Positions 9,132 to 18,662 of a DNA stretch of 64,000 nt are shown here, one piece after another; positions within the stretch are counted from its first letter, which is position 1, and each line of letters begins with the position of its first letter. The DNA comes from an uncultured virus (IMG/VR IMGVR_UViG_3300042884_001034) (taxonomy: Duplodnaviria > Heunggongvirae > Uroviricota > Caudoviricetes). The notes under the pieces were generated by a model. It did not search any database. It was not told where the DNA came from and saw only the letters and a program-made list of their open reading frames with translations. The stretch is taken from positions 1-64,000 of IMG/VR virus record IMGVR_UViG_3300042884_001034; one strand, given 5' to 3'. The position numbers were made by a program, and so were the translations under genes.

Positions 9132-9527
9132 TTATGGAAGATAAAAAACACACACACTTTATTGAGGTATGGTCAGGATATAAAAATAAACCACATAATA
9201 CCGAATGCGTTGAAATAGAAAAGTTACCAATATATTTAAAAATCACAGAAGAATATATGTTTTGCAAAACCGTTGCTATTTGGAAAATTAAATTAAAATA
9301 AATTATGAAAACAATAATAATAACAATAATAATAACAATAATAGTATGGGAAATAGTAAGAGGAATACTAAAAAAATTAATCCTAAAGTACATGAACGAC
9401 ATGTAATGATAAAGTTTTTTTTATTAGTAATTATAGCTTATATAGGACTTTTTATTATGGCTATTATTCAAAAAATTAAAGAACTTTTTATAAAATCATA
9501 ATTATGACATTTGAAAAATTATAAACT

Positions 9528-9770
9528 ATGGCTATAGCTTTATTAAAATTTGATCTAAATGATCCTGAAGATGAAATACAGCATAAGAGAGCTATAAAAT
9601 CTCTTGATATGATGTTATGTTTCTGGGATATTAGTCAATATTTAAGACAAATAGTGAAATATGAAGACAATTCTAAAATATCAGGAGATGATATGGCTGA
9701 TAAAATAAAAGAAAAATTCCATGAAATTTTAGATGAACATGGTATTTCAATTGATGAATTGTTGGGCTAA
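9528..9770 (+). CDS. Hypothetical phage protein
   Basis: 80 aa ORF, LKFDLNDPED...WDI.Q.LR pattern. Confidence 0.65.
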   Translation: MAIALLKFDLNDPEDEIQHKRAIKSLDMMLCFWDISQYLRQIVKYEDNSKISGDDMADKIKEKFHEILDEHGISIDELLG

Positions 9771-9935
9771 ATTTTTAAAATATGGTGGAATTAAAAGTGG
9801 ATTTTGAAAGAGAATTTTTAAAAGATTATATATATTTGTTAGAGGAGAATATGATCCTGGACAAAGAAATTCAAAAAGAAATGCACAGCAGAAAACCTGC
9901 TAAAATAATTGTAATAACAGAAAAAGTAGAAGAAA

Positions 9936-10559
9936 ATGAACATAACCCCCTACCATTTTAAAGAAATAACTAATAAAGGATACAATTTAGATATTATATA
10001 CACTTTAAAGCTTGTAGAAGAGGGAGTGGATGTCAAATCTTTTTGTGAAGAAGCTCCTAAATTAAAAATAGTTTATCAATCTATAATAAGAAAAGGATTA
10101 ATATCAGAACAGGATTGTCTAACCACAGACGGGAAAAGTCTTCTCAAGTTTTTAGAAACACCAGCAAATGAAGTTGTTAAATTGATTAAACAAAAACCTA
10201 ATTCTTCTGATTTTGATCTTTGGTGGAAAACCTATCCCTCTACAGACACTTTTGTTATTAAAGGAACAAACTTTTTAGGTAGCAGATCATTTAAAGTGAA
10301 AAAAGATGAATGTAAACTTAAATTACAAAAAATCCTTGCAGAAGGAGAATATACAATTGAAGAGCTTGTAAAAGCTTTAGAATTAGATGTATTCCAGAAG
10401 AAGGAAAATTCCTTTAAAACAAAAACAAATAAACTTAGCTTTCTCCAAAACAGTCTTACATATTTAAATCAAAGAAGCTTTGAAGGATATATAGATCTTA
10501 TTAGACAAGGATTTTCTCCTAAAGAAGAACCAGAGATAGTAGGTAGTACAGACATATAA
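9936..10559 (+). CDS. Putative replication initiator/helicase-loader-like protein
   Basis: FDLWWKTYP and TYLNQRSFE motifs typical of phage replisome-organiser C-terminal domains; directly upstream of DnaB. Confidence 0.55.
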   Translation: MNITPYHFKEITNKGYNLDIIYTLKLVEEGVDVKSFCEEAPKLKIVYQSIIRKGLISEQDCLTTDGKSLLKFLETPANEVVKLIKQKPNSSDFDLWWKTYPSTDTFVIKGTNFLGSRSFKVKKDECKLKLQKILAEGEYTIEELVKALELDVFQKKENSFKTKTNKLSFLQNSLTYLNQRSFEGYIDLIRQGFSPKEEPEIVGSTDI

Positions 10560-10568
10560 ATATTTAAT

Positions 10569-11636
10569 ATGAATTTTCAGGAATTAAACAAACAAGTGGA
10601 GCTAGGACTGTCAAATAAAAACAGTGGAATTCCTATGGGTTTTAACAGGCTTAATAAATATATTGGTATTAGAAAATCCATATATACATTAGTGGGAGGG
10701 CTTACGGGCTCAGGAAAAACATCTTTTATTGATGATGCATTTGTTTTAAATCCATTTGATTGGTTTATTTCTAAAGAAGGCCAAGCTTCAGGAATAAAAC
10801 TAAAAATATGGTATAGATCTATGGAGCGTAGCAGAGTGTATAAAATGGCTAAATGGGTGTCTAGGAAAATATTTCTTGATCATGGTATAATTATCACTGT
10901 TCCTAAACTATTAGGCTGGACAGAGAAAATGAACCACGATGAACATGATCTATTTTTACAATATGAGGATTATGTGGAAAGAATGAATGATGTAATTACA
11001 ATTATTGATGGTCCAGAGAATCCTGTAGGTATAGCTAAAGAATTAAAAGCTTTTGCTGAAAAGAATGGAGAAATAGTTCAAATAGATCAATATAATAAGA
11101 AATACATTCCTAATGATGAAAGTCAGATAGTTATTCCTATTATAGATCATATTGGCCTACTTAAACTCACTAAAGATCAACCTACAAAGAAACAGGCTAT
11201 TGATAAAATGTCAGATGAGCTGAGATATGCTAGAGATTTCTATGGATATAGTCCTGTTGTTGTTAGTCAGTTCAATAGAGATATTTCCAACCCAATAAGA
11301 ATGAAAAATGGAGATGTAGAGCCCCAATTAGAAGATTTTGCAGAAAGCTCTTCCACACAAAATGATGCTGATGTTGTTTTAGCTTTATTTGACCCTATGA
11401 GATATAAAGTGCCAGATCCTTCTGGATATAGTCTTGAAAAGCTAAAAGATGAATTTGGTGCTAAATATTTTAGAAGTCTTAGACTAATAAAGAATTCTTA
11501 TGGGTCAGATGATGTAAGAATTGGTCTTGCATTTTTGGGTGAAATAGGTGTATTTAAAGAACTTCCTAGAAGAAAAAACATAACAGATGCTGATTATCAA
11601 GCTGTTGTAAATAAATCTTATTTTTTAAACCAATAA
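10569..11636 (+). CDS. dnaB: DnaB-like replicative helicase
   Basis: Walker A GLTGSGKT, SME, IIDHIGL, SQFNR, DADVV, KNSYG. Confidence 0.9.
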   Translation: MNFQELNKQVELGLSNKNSGIPMGFNRLNKYIGIRKSIYTLVGGLTGSGKTSFIDDAFVLNPFDWFISKEGQASGIKLKIWYRSMERSRVYKMAKWVSRKIFLDHGIIITVPKLLGWTEKMNHDEHDLFLQYEDYVERMNDVITIIDGPENPVGIAKELKAFAEKNGEIVQIDQYNKKYIPNDESQIVIPIIDHIGLLKLTKDQPTKKQAIDKMSDELRYARDFYGYSPVVVSQFNRDISNPIRMKNGDVEPQLEDFAESSSTQNDADVVLALFDPMRYKVPDPSGYSLEKLKDEFGAKYFRSLRLIKNSYGSDDVRIGLAFLGEIGVFKELPRRKNITDADYQAVVNKSYFLNQ

Positions 11637-11644
11637 ATAATTAT

Positions 11645-11980
11645 ATGTCAGGAGGTAGATTTGATTACATACAAAATCGTTTGCCCGATGTGGCAGAAAG
11701 TATTGAAAATGTAATAGAAAGAAATGGAAAAAGAAAGACTAATGATGAATTAAAATTAGAATCTTGGCACTCATTAGATTGGTATGAAAAATACCCAGAG
11801 GACTTACATCATTATAAATATCCAGATGAAGTGATAGAAGAATTTAAAAAAGGAGTGGAAATTATTAAAAGAGCTTATGTTTATATCCAAAGGATTGATT
11901 GGCTTTTATCTGATGATGATGGAGAAGAGTCTTTTTTAGAAAGATTAAATAAAGAATTAAAAAATTTAAAAAATCAATAA
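11645..11980 (+). CDS. Conserved-looking phage hypothetical protein
   Basis: MSGGRFDY...RIDWLLSDDDGEESF pattern. Confidence 0.7.
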   Translation: MSGGRFDYIQNRLPDVAESIENVIERNGKRKTNDELKLESWHSLDWYEKYPEDLHHYKYPDEVIEEFKKGVEIIKRAYVYIQRIDWLLSDDDGEESFLERLNKELKNLKNQ

Positions 11981-12234
11981 TGGACAGTGTATCAATAGAA
12001 GTGGAAATACTTCCAGAAATTCCTGTAACATTTACAGGAGAACCAGAATTCCATGATGATAGTTTTACCCATGAATTTGGTACAGAAGTGATTAAATACT
12101 GGTGCGTAGATAAGTTTACATGGGACAAAGAAGGCCACACAGAAGAAGAAATAACCAAAATTGAAGAGTGGTTAGGGTTCACTTCTAACAAAGATTGGAT
12201 TTGTGAAAATTTAACAAATAAAATAAAAAAATGA
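11980..12234 (+). CDS. Hypothetical protein
   Basis: 84 aa ORF, translationally coupled to neighbours. Confidence 0.6.
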   Translation: MDSVSIEVEILPEIPVTFTGEPEFHDDSFTHEFGTEVIKYWCVDKFTWDKEGHTEEEITKIEEWLGFTSNKDWICENLTNKIKK

Positions 12235-12476
12235 CCAGAGAACTTTATTTAACTTACAGAAATCAAAATAATGCTGCTATCTTATATGAATGGTATAAGG
12301 AAAAATTTGATTCTGTAAAACATCGTCCATTTTTATCATTCAATGAATTTTTTATATATCTACCTATGTGGGGAGATATAAACAATATTTATCAAAAAAT
12401 TACACAAATTTTAGATGAAAAGTTTTCTATTAGAAAACTAATGAATTCAAATGGTGAGATAATAAATTACATATGA
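12231..12476 (+). CDS. Hypothetical protein
   Basis: 81 aa ORF, translationally coupled to neighbours. Confidence 0.6.
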   Translation: MTRELYLTYRNQNNAAILYEWYKEKFDSVKHRPFLSFNEFFIYLPMWGDINNIYQKITQILDEKFSIRKLMNSNGEIINYI

Positions 12477-13552
12477 GCAAACAAAATGAAATTCAAGAAA
12501 AATTTATAACAAAAGGACTTAGTTTTCTAAAAAAGAATAAGAAAGGGTATTTCGATCTTGCTATGAGATTTGGTAAATGTCGCACCACTATTGAAATACT
12601 TAAAAATCTTGTTCCTGCTCGTAGTACAATTCTTATAGCTTATCCAGATAATAAGTTAAAAGCCACTTGGCAATCAGAATGTGAAACATGGGGATATAAG
12701 AATCCAAACATTTTTTATGTAAATTTTAGTTCTCTAAAGAAACATGCTACACATATATTTGATGTATTTGTTATAGATGAATTACACAGTTGCTCAGAAA
12801 ATGAGAGAGAATATGCTCATCAAATAATGAATAATTGTGAATATACAATTGGACTTTCGGGCACTATTACAGCAGACACTGCTGAATTATGGGATATGAA
12901 GGAAATAGCTTCTTACAGTACAGACGATGGTATAAAAGCTGGTATTCTTGCGGATTACAAAATTACAGTGCATGTAGTGAATTTAGATAATAAAATATAT
13001 ACAAAAGATTCCAAAGGAAAGTCAAAGACAGAGAAACAAAGATATGATGCTTATACATGGGTAATTGAAAAACTAAAAAAAGAAGGAAGAGATTTTATGT
13101 TTTTAGCTTTAACAAGAAACAGACTTTCTCAATCCTCTGTAGGAAAATTACATTATGTTCAAGCTTTATTGGAAAAACTAAAAGACAAAAGAGTCTTGGT
13201 ATTTACAGGACTATCTAAAGCTGCAGATAGTATTGGTATTCCTTCCTATCATACAAAAAGTAAAAATGATGATGCTTTTGTTGCTTTTCAAAATGAAGAG
13301 ATTAATCATTTAGCTTTAGCTGCTATGGGAAAAGTGGGAGTGACATACCCTCATCTTGATTCTGTTATATTAACAAATTTTGTGTATGCAGCTGAGGAAA
13401 ATGCTCAGATTTTGAACAGATGTATAAAATTAGATTATCAAGAAAAAGTAGCAGACATGCATGTAATTTGTTTAAATGAACCTGCAGAAATAAAAAAATT
13501 AAAAGAAGGGCTTAGTTTATTAGACTCTTCAAAAATTATTTGGCAGTATTAA
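12473..13552 (+). CDS. SF2 (DExH) helicase-like protein
   Basis: Walker A-like RFGKC, IDELH, GLSGT, GVTYP, QILNR. Confidence 0.85.
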   Translation: MSKQNEIQEKFITKGLSFLKKNKKGYFDLAMRFGKCRTTIEILKNLVPARSTILIAYPDNKLKATWQSECETWGYKNPNIFYVNFSSLKKHATHIFDVFVIDELHSCSENEREYAHQIMNNCEYTIGLSGTITADTAELWDMKEIASYSTDDGIKAGILADYKITVHVVNLDNKIYTKDSKGKSKTEKQRYDAYTWVIEKLKKEGRDFMFLALTRNRLSQSSVGKLHYVQALLEKLKDKRVLVFTGLSKAADSIGIPSYHTKSKNDDAFVAFQNEEINHLALAAMGKVGVTYPHLDSVILTNFVYAAEENAQILNRCIKLDYQEKVADMHVICLNEPAEIKKLKEGLSLLDSSKIIWQY

Positions 13553-13562
13553 ATATTTTACA

Positions 13563-13570
13563 TATATTTG
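13563..13570 (+). promoter_or_regulatory. Bacteroidota-type -7 promoter box (TATATTTG)
   Basis: Matches TAnnTTTG; intergenic, 18 nt before the HEG start. Confidence 0.6.
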
Positions 13571-13588
13571 TGAACAAACTTCTCAAAT

Positions 13589-14566
13589 ATGATTGATAAT
13601 TACGGAAAATACTACTTGTATAGACACATAAGACTTGATAAAAACGAACCTTTTTATATAGGAATTGGTACTAAAAAAGAGTCTAAAGCTAAAATAAAAT
13701 TTAATAAAAAGTTTCAAAGTATTAAATATATATATGATAGAGCATATTCAAAAATAAGAAAAAGTTCTAAAATTTGGAATTTAATTACAGCAAAAACCGA
13801 TTATAAAGTAGAAATCTTGTTAGAGTCAGACAGTCTTTCTTTTATAAAAGAAAAAGAAAAGGAATTTATAGCTTTTTATGGGAGAATTGATAAAAATACA
13901 GGAATTTTAGCTAATATGACAGATGGTGGAGAAGGAATGACTGGAACTTCTAGAAAATTTACAGAAGAACAAAAAATAAAACATAGAAATCATACTTCTT
14001 GTAAAAAAGTAGTAAAATTAGACAGTAACTATGAAATAGTTGAAATTTATCTTAGTTCTAGAGAAGCAAGTAGAAAAAATTTTATTTCTAAAGTATGTGA
14101 TATTTGTAATGATAAATGTAAATTAAAAAATGGATTTACTTATAGATATTTAAATGACTACATTTTTTATAAAAATAAAGAAAACTTTTATATTAAAGGA
14201 AGTAAGTACATAATATATGAAAATAAAGAATGGCACATACATGATTTTTGTAAATATATAGCTAACATAAATAAAACTTCTTATGTTAAAATTTATAATA
14301 GATTACAAAAAGGATTATCAATAGATGAATCTATAAAACTAAATACAAAACTTAAACCTTCTAAATATATTTATATAATAGAAAATGTTAAAACTGGGGA
14401 AAAAACAAAATTTAAAACAATGATTGAATTGTGTAATGAATTAAAAGAACAGAGACCTACAATATGGTATAGAATAAAAAATAAAACTGTAAAAAATGGG
14501 TTTATAATAAAGAAAGAAAGTCTTTCAATGTTGGATGAAAACAAAATAAGTTATATCTTTGGTTAA
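13589..14566 (+). mobile_element. Free-standing GIY-YIG-like homing endonuclease with NUMOD-type DNA-binding region
   Basis: YLYRHIRLDK.EPFYIGIG...R...E..FI..YGR...G.LANMTDGG; K/I/N-rich; paralog at 42613..43257. Confidence 0.8.
14554..14561 (+). promoter_or_regulatory. -7 promoter box (TATCTTTG) inside the last codons of the HEG
   Basis: TAnnTTTG 27 nt before the ATPase start. Confidence 0.6.
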
Positions 14567-14588
14567 AACAATTTAAAACAAAATAAAA

Positions 14589-15260
14589 ATGGCAAGCAAA
14601 TTAATTGGCATAGTGGGCCAAACAGGAACAGGAAAATCAACATCAATTAAACATTTAAATCCAGAAGAAACTTACATTATTAACGTAGCAAAAAAAGAAT
14701 TACCTTTCAAAGGAAGTGAAAAACTGTATAATACAGAAAAAAAGAATTATAAAGAAGTGGACGATGCTATTGAAATTACACGTTTATTAAGAACAATTTC
14801 AGAGAAAGCTACCCACATCAAAAATATTGTGATAGAAGATTCTAATTATATAATGGGTTTTAATATGGTGGCTAAAGCTACAGAAACAGGGTACACTAAA
14901 TTTAGTGTTATGGCTAAAGATATGGTGGAATTGTTTAGAGAAGCCAGAAAGCTAAGAGATGATATAAAGGTGTTTTATTTCACTCATCCAGAAACAGTGG
15001 AAGATGGTGGTGATATTATTGGGTATAAAATTAAGACAGCTGGTAAATTGATTGATAATCAAGTGCTATTAGAAGGACTTCTAACAGTGTGTTTATACAC
15101 ATTAGTAGAAGAAAATAAAGATGGATCAGCCTCTTATTATTTTATAACAAATAGATATAAAAAGTTCCCAGCGAAAAGTCCAGATGGTATGTTTAGTGAA
15201 TTAAAAATTCCTAACAATTTACAAGAAGTGGTAAACAATGTAGACAACTATTATAAATAA
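14589..15260 (+). CDS. AAA ATPase (Sak4/AAA_24-like recombination protein)
   Basis: GQTGTGKST, IVIEDS, AKSP.GMF. Confidence 0.85.
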   Translation: MASKLIGIVGQTGTGKSTSIKHLNPEETYIINVAKKELPFKGSEKLYNTEKKNYKEVDDAIEITRLLRTISEKATHIKNIVIEDSNYIMGFNMVAKATETGYTKFSVMAKDMVELFREARKLRDDIKVFYFTHPETVEDGGDIIGYKIKTAGKLIDNQVLLEGLLTVCLYTLVEENKDGSASYYFITNRYKKFPAKSPDGMFSELKIPNNLQEVVNNVDNYYK

Positions 15261-15280
15261 ACAATTAAAAACAAAACAAA

Positions 15281-16150
15281 ATGAGTACAATTGGCGGAAA
15301 AAAGAGAGAGCAACAAAATTTTGACAGTCCTATTAGAAAGATTGGCCTTGCAGAAATGAAAGTGATAGCTATTAATCCTGATGAGGAAGAGTATAAAGAA
15401 GTGTTAAAAATGGAGCTTAAAGAAGGAAGCAAAGCTACAGAATATTTAGGGGAAAGTCAGGATGGTAATAAAACTCTAAGAGTTGATTTTTGGATGGAAG
15501 AAGTGAAAAGCAAGGATAAATTTAAGGTGACTTTCTTCTTAGAAAATAAAATGAGATGGAATAAAGACAACACTAAACAACAATATATTAATAATTTAGG
15601 GTCTTGTTCTTGGGCTGAAGATGAAAATGAATTACAAGATTGGTTTAAAAAGAGAGAGTATAGGGCAGCTTATATAGGAGAAGAAGATCTTTACAACTTC
15701 TTACGCACTTGGTTAGGAAATTTAGACTATAAAGATGCAGAAACCACTTTACAAATTGAGTGGGCTAAGCTTATGAAAGGTAATGTTAAAGACCTTAAAG
15801 CACAAATTGATGGAGAATATGCTACAAGTTTCTTAGCTCTATTAACTATCAAAACTGTAGAAAAAGAAGGAGAAACTAAAGAATATCAATCTGTATATAA
15901 CAGAGCTTTTCTTCCAGCTTATTTATTAAAGCAATTTAGACTTATAGACTATAACAATTCTGATGTTCAACGTAGTTTAAAATCAAAGCTTTCTAAAGAA
16001 TTAAAACCTGCAGAAAGATTTGTTGTTAATGTTACAGGAGAATATGGTTGTAAAGATTTTTATACATTTAAAGATGCAAAAGAATACAACGCTTCTGAAA
16101 ATTTAGTAGCATCAAATGATACTATTTCTGAAGATGATAGTGACTATTAA
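15281..16150 (+). CDS. Putative ssDNA-binding protein
   Basis: Position between Sak4-like ATPase and primase; acidic tail SEDDSDY. Confidence 0.55.
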   Translation: MSTIGGKKREQQNFDSPIRKIGLAEMKVIAINPDEEEYKEVLKMELKEGSKATEYLGESQDGNKTLRVDFWMEEVKSKDKFKVTFFLENKMRWNKDNTKQQYINNLGSCSWAEDENELQDWFKKREYRAAYIGEEDLYNFLRTWLGNLDYKDAETTLQIEWAKLMKGNVKDLKAQIDGEYATSFLALLTIKTVEKEGETKEYQSVYNRAFLPAYLLKQFRLIDYNNSDVQRSLKSKLSKELKPAERFVVNVTGEYGCKDFYTFKDAKEYNASENLVASNDTISEDDSDY

Positions 16151-16173
16151 TCCCCCTGTTTTTTGATTTAGAT

Positions 16174-16205
16174 AAAAGCCTCAATAGAAATATTGGGGCT
16201 TTTTT
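16174..16205 (+). terminator. Intrinsic terminator
   Basis: aaaagcctcaata-gaaa-tattggggcttttt. Confidence 0.75.
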
Positions 16206-16219
16206 ATTAAGTTTGTAGT

Positions 16220-17224
16220 ATGATACATGGAAGAAAAAAATTAAAATTAACCCCAGAAACAGTGTTATCTAAAATCACTCCATATGATATATTTATGTAT
16301 TATATGCCTAGTAAGAATTGGAAATTAAATAGTGTCACTTATTCCCCTTTTAGACAAGAAAATCATCCTTCTTTTTTAATAGGAAATAAGAATGGAGATC
16401 TTTCTTTTATAGACTTTGCAGATACAGGTAAAAGAGGTGATTGTTTCCAATTTGTGAAGCTTATGTACAATCTGTTTTCTATAGATGAGGTGTTAAAAAT
16501 GATAGATAAAGATTTTTCTTTGGGAATATCAACAGGAACCTTTTCAGAAGACTATAAGAAAATAACTTCCCAATATAAACAACCAGAAGAATTAGGTAAA
16601 AGGTATTCTTTAATACAAGTGATTACTGGAAAGTTTACAAAAGAAGAACTGGCATACTGGAATCAATATCACCAGGATATACAAGATCTTAGAGATAATA
16701 ACATTTATTCTGTTAAAAAAGTGTATTTAAACAAACAATTGTTCTATTTAGACGATAACCAACTAAGATTTGGTTATTATTATGACGGAAATTGGAAAAT
16801 ATATTCACCTTTTGCAGATAAAAAGAAAAAATGGGTGCCCAATAATGTACCTATTAATACATTAGAAGGAAAAGATAATATCAAAGATTGTGATGTGGCT
16901 CTAATTTCTAAGAGTAAAAAAGATCTCATGGTGTTAAAAAAAGTGTTTCCTTGCGTATGCGCTGTTCAAAATGAAGGAATTGCTTGTTTTTCTGAGGAAA
17001 ATGTACAGTTTTTAAAAGATAATTCTAATAAACAGATTTTGTCTTTTGATAGTGACATTACAGGTGTAACAAACAGTCAACAGATAACAAAATTATTTGA
17101 TTTTGACTATTGTAATGTTCCTAAGGAATATTTAAAAGAAGGTATTAAAGATTTCGCAGATCTTGGAAAAATACACGGATTAAAAACAATTGAAAATTAT
17201 TTAAAACAAAAACAATTATTATGA
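16220..17224 (+). CDS. DNA primase (TOPRIM)
   Basis: SPFRQENHPSF, DFA...GDCF, SKKD, FDSDITG, KDFAD. Confidence 0.85.
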   Translation: MIHGRKKLKLTPETVLSKITPYDIFMYYMPSKNWKLNSVTYSPFRQENHPSFLIGNKNGDLSFIDFADTGKRGDCFQFVKLMYNLFSIDEVLKMIDKDFSLGISTGTFSEDYKKITSQYKQPEELGKRYSLIQVITGKFTKEELAYWNQYHQDIQDLRDNNIYSVKKVYLNKQLFYLDDNQLRFGYYYDGNWKIYSPFADKKKKWVPNNVPINTLEGKDNIKDCDVALISKSKKDLMVLKKVFPCVCAVQNEGIACFSEENVQFLKDNSNKQILSFDSDITGVTNSQQITKLFDFDYCNVPKEYLKEGIKDFADLGKIHGLKTIENYLKQKQLL

Positions 17225-17397
17225 AAAATGAAATGAGAAAATGGGCAATGGATAGAATAAAAGAACACCCACAATACAACCAAGAGATTACAGATTTATG
17301 GAATTTATGTATGAGTGAGATTGAAGAAGGAGGATCTGAATCCCACGAATTAGAGTTATTTAGAAACGATGTTGAAGAACTAATAAAACAAAATTAA
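17221..17397 (+). CDS. Small acidic hypothetical protein (58 aa, not in ORF track)
   Basis: Hand translation MKNEMRKWAMDRIKEHPQ...EIEEGGSESHELE; ATGA overlap with the primase stop. Confidence 0.6.
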   Translation: MKNEMRKWAMDRIKEHPQYNQEITDLWNLCMSEIEEGGSESHELELFRNDVEELIKQN

Positions 17398-17398
17398 T

Positions 17399-17602
17399 AT
17401 GACACAGAAGCAATTAGTAGAAACAATTCAAGAAAATATTGAGTGGTTAAGTACAACAGAAGGAAATGAGGTAGAATGTATAGGAATAGAGAATTTAGAA
17501 AGTATTTTAAGTAAGTATTTAGGAAAAAAGGTGCGTATTAGTTTAGACGCAGAAACAATTGTAGAAAAGGAAAGTAGATTTAAACAATTAGAATTATTTT
17601 AA
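17399..17602 (+). CDS. Hypothetical protein
   Basis: 67 aa ORF ending QLELF (clamp-binding-like motif). Confidence 0.55.
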   Translation: MTQKQLVETIQENIEWLSTTEGNEVECIGIENLESILSKYLGKKVRISLDAETIVEKESRFKQLELF

Positions 17603-17603
17603 T

Positions 17604-18320
17604 ATGGAATGGAGTAAATTTTCACATCATTTTCATCCCTCTTGGGAGCATAAAATCAGACCATTTATAGAGAGTGAGGAATGTAACAACATATATAAAT
17701 TTTTAAAATCTGAGTCACAAAAAGGAAAAAAATTAGCTCCTATTTCTACAGATACATATAAAGTTTTTCAACTAACACCTTTAAATGAGGTGGTAGCTAT
17801 AGTGCTTGGTATGTGTCCCTACCACACTACTAAAAATAATATGATAGTGGCAGATGGACTTGCTTTAGGATGTTCTAATACAAAAGAATTACAACCTTCT
17901 TTGGAGCAATTTTATAATGCCATTGAAAAGGATGTTTATGGAGGAATGTGTTTAGAGGGGTTTAAATCTTTCGATGTTTCCTTTCTATCCAAACAAGGAG
18001 TGTTAATGTTAAATGCTGCTTTAACTACAGAAATAGGAAAAGCTGGGGCACATATGGATATTTGGACTCCTTTCACTACATATTTATTTAAAAATATATT
18101 TAATTATATGGATGTGCCTATAATAATGTTAGGTAAAGAAGCTCAAAAATATGGACAATACATCACTAACCAGGAGATGTTATTTCCACTATCTCATCCA
18201 GCTTCAGCATCCTATAAAAAAACAGATTGGGATTCAGAAGGAGTTTTTAAAAAAGTGACAGAAATAGTTAAAAATACAAATGGAAACAACCTCGATTGGT
18301 GGGAAATGTGTCCATTTTAA
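17604..18320 (+). CDS. ung: Family 1 uracil-DNA glycosylase-like protein (GMCPY in place of GQDPY)
   Basis: V..LGMCPYH, ADGLA, PSL, QGVLMLNAALT, H...W..FT, SHPAS. Confidence 0.85.
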   Translation: MEWSKFSHHFHPSWEHKIRPFIESEECNNIYKFLKSESQKGKKLAPISTDTYKVFQLTPLNEVVAIVLGMCPYHTTKNNMIVADGLALGCSNTKELQPSLEQFYNAIEKDVYGGMCLEGFKSFDVSFLSKQGVLMLNAALTTEIGKAGAHMDIWTPFTTYLFKNIFNYMDVPIIMLGKEAQKYGQYITNQEMLFPLSHPASASYKKTDWDSEGVFKKVTEIVKNTNGNNLDWWEMCPF

Positions 18321-18332
18321 AAATCAAAAATT

Positions 18333-18659
18333 ATGGAATTACAAATAATAGAAGTGAAAGACTTAGAAGTGGGAGATGAAATAATCATCTCTTGCCAGTC
18401 TTATTTTAAGTATTTAAAAATACTTAGAAAACCTACTTTAAGTGGAAAAACCCACTGGAGTAGAGGAGTTCCTTTGTATAAAGCTGTAAAATGCTCTACA
18501 CGTAGAGAAGAAAAAGATATAACTTGGAGAACACATCTTGGTCAAACAATCACTCGAACAGAGAGAACCTGGGGATTTGGCCCAGAAAATCATAACTATA
18601 CCCAGTATATAGATTTAGAATACAGACAAATGATATTAATAAAGAAAAACACACAATAA
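18333..18659 (+). CDS. Hypothetical protein
   Basis: 108 aa ORF directly upstream of rIIA. Confidence 0.65.
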   Translation: MELQIIEVKDLEVGDEIIISCQSYFKYLKILRKPTLSGKTHWSRGVPLYKAVKCSTRREEKDITWRTHLGQTITRTERTWGFGPENHNYTQYIDLEYRQMILIKKNTQ

Positions 18660-18662
18660 AAC

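Noticed and set aside
9831..9838. TATATTTG as a promoter
   Set aside because: Lies inside a plausible 59 aa ORF (9782..9961) within an AT-run; could be chance
13553..13588. Group I intron around the HEG (also considered at 42613..43257)
   Set aside because: Flanking non-coding DNA is too short for a ribozyme core and neighbouring genes are complete
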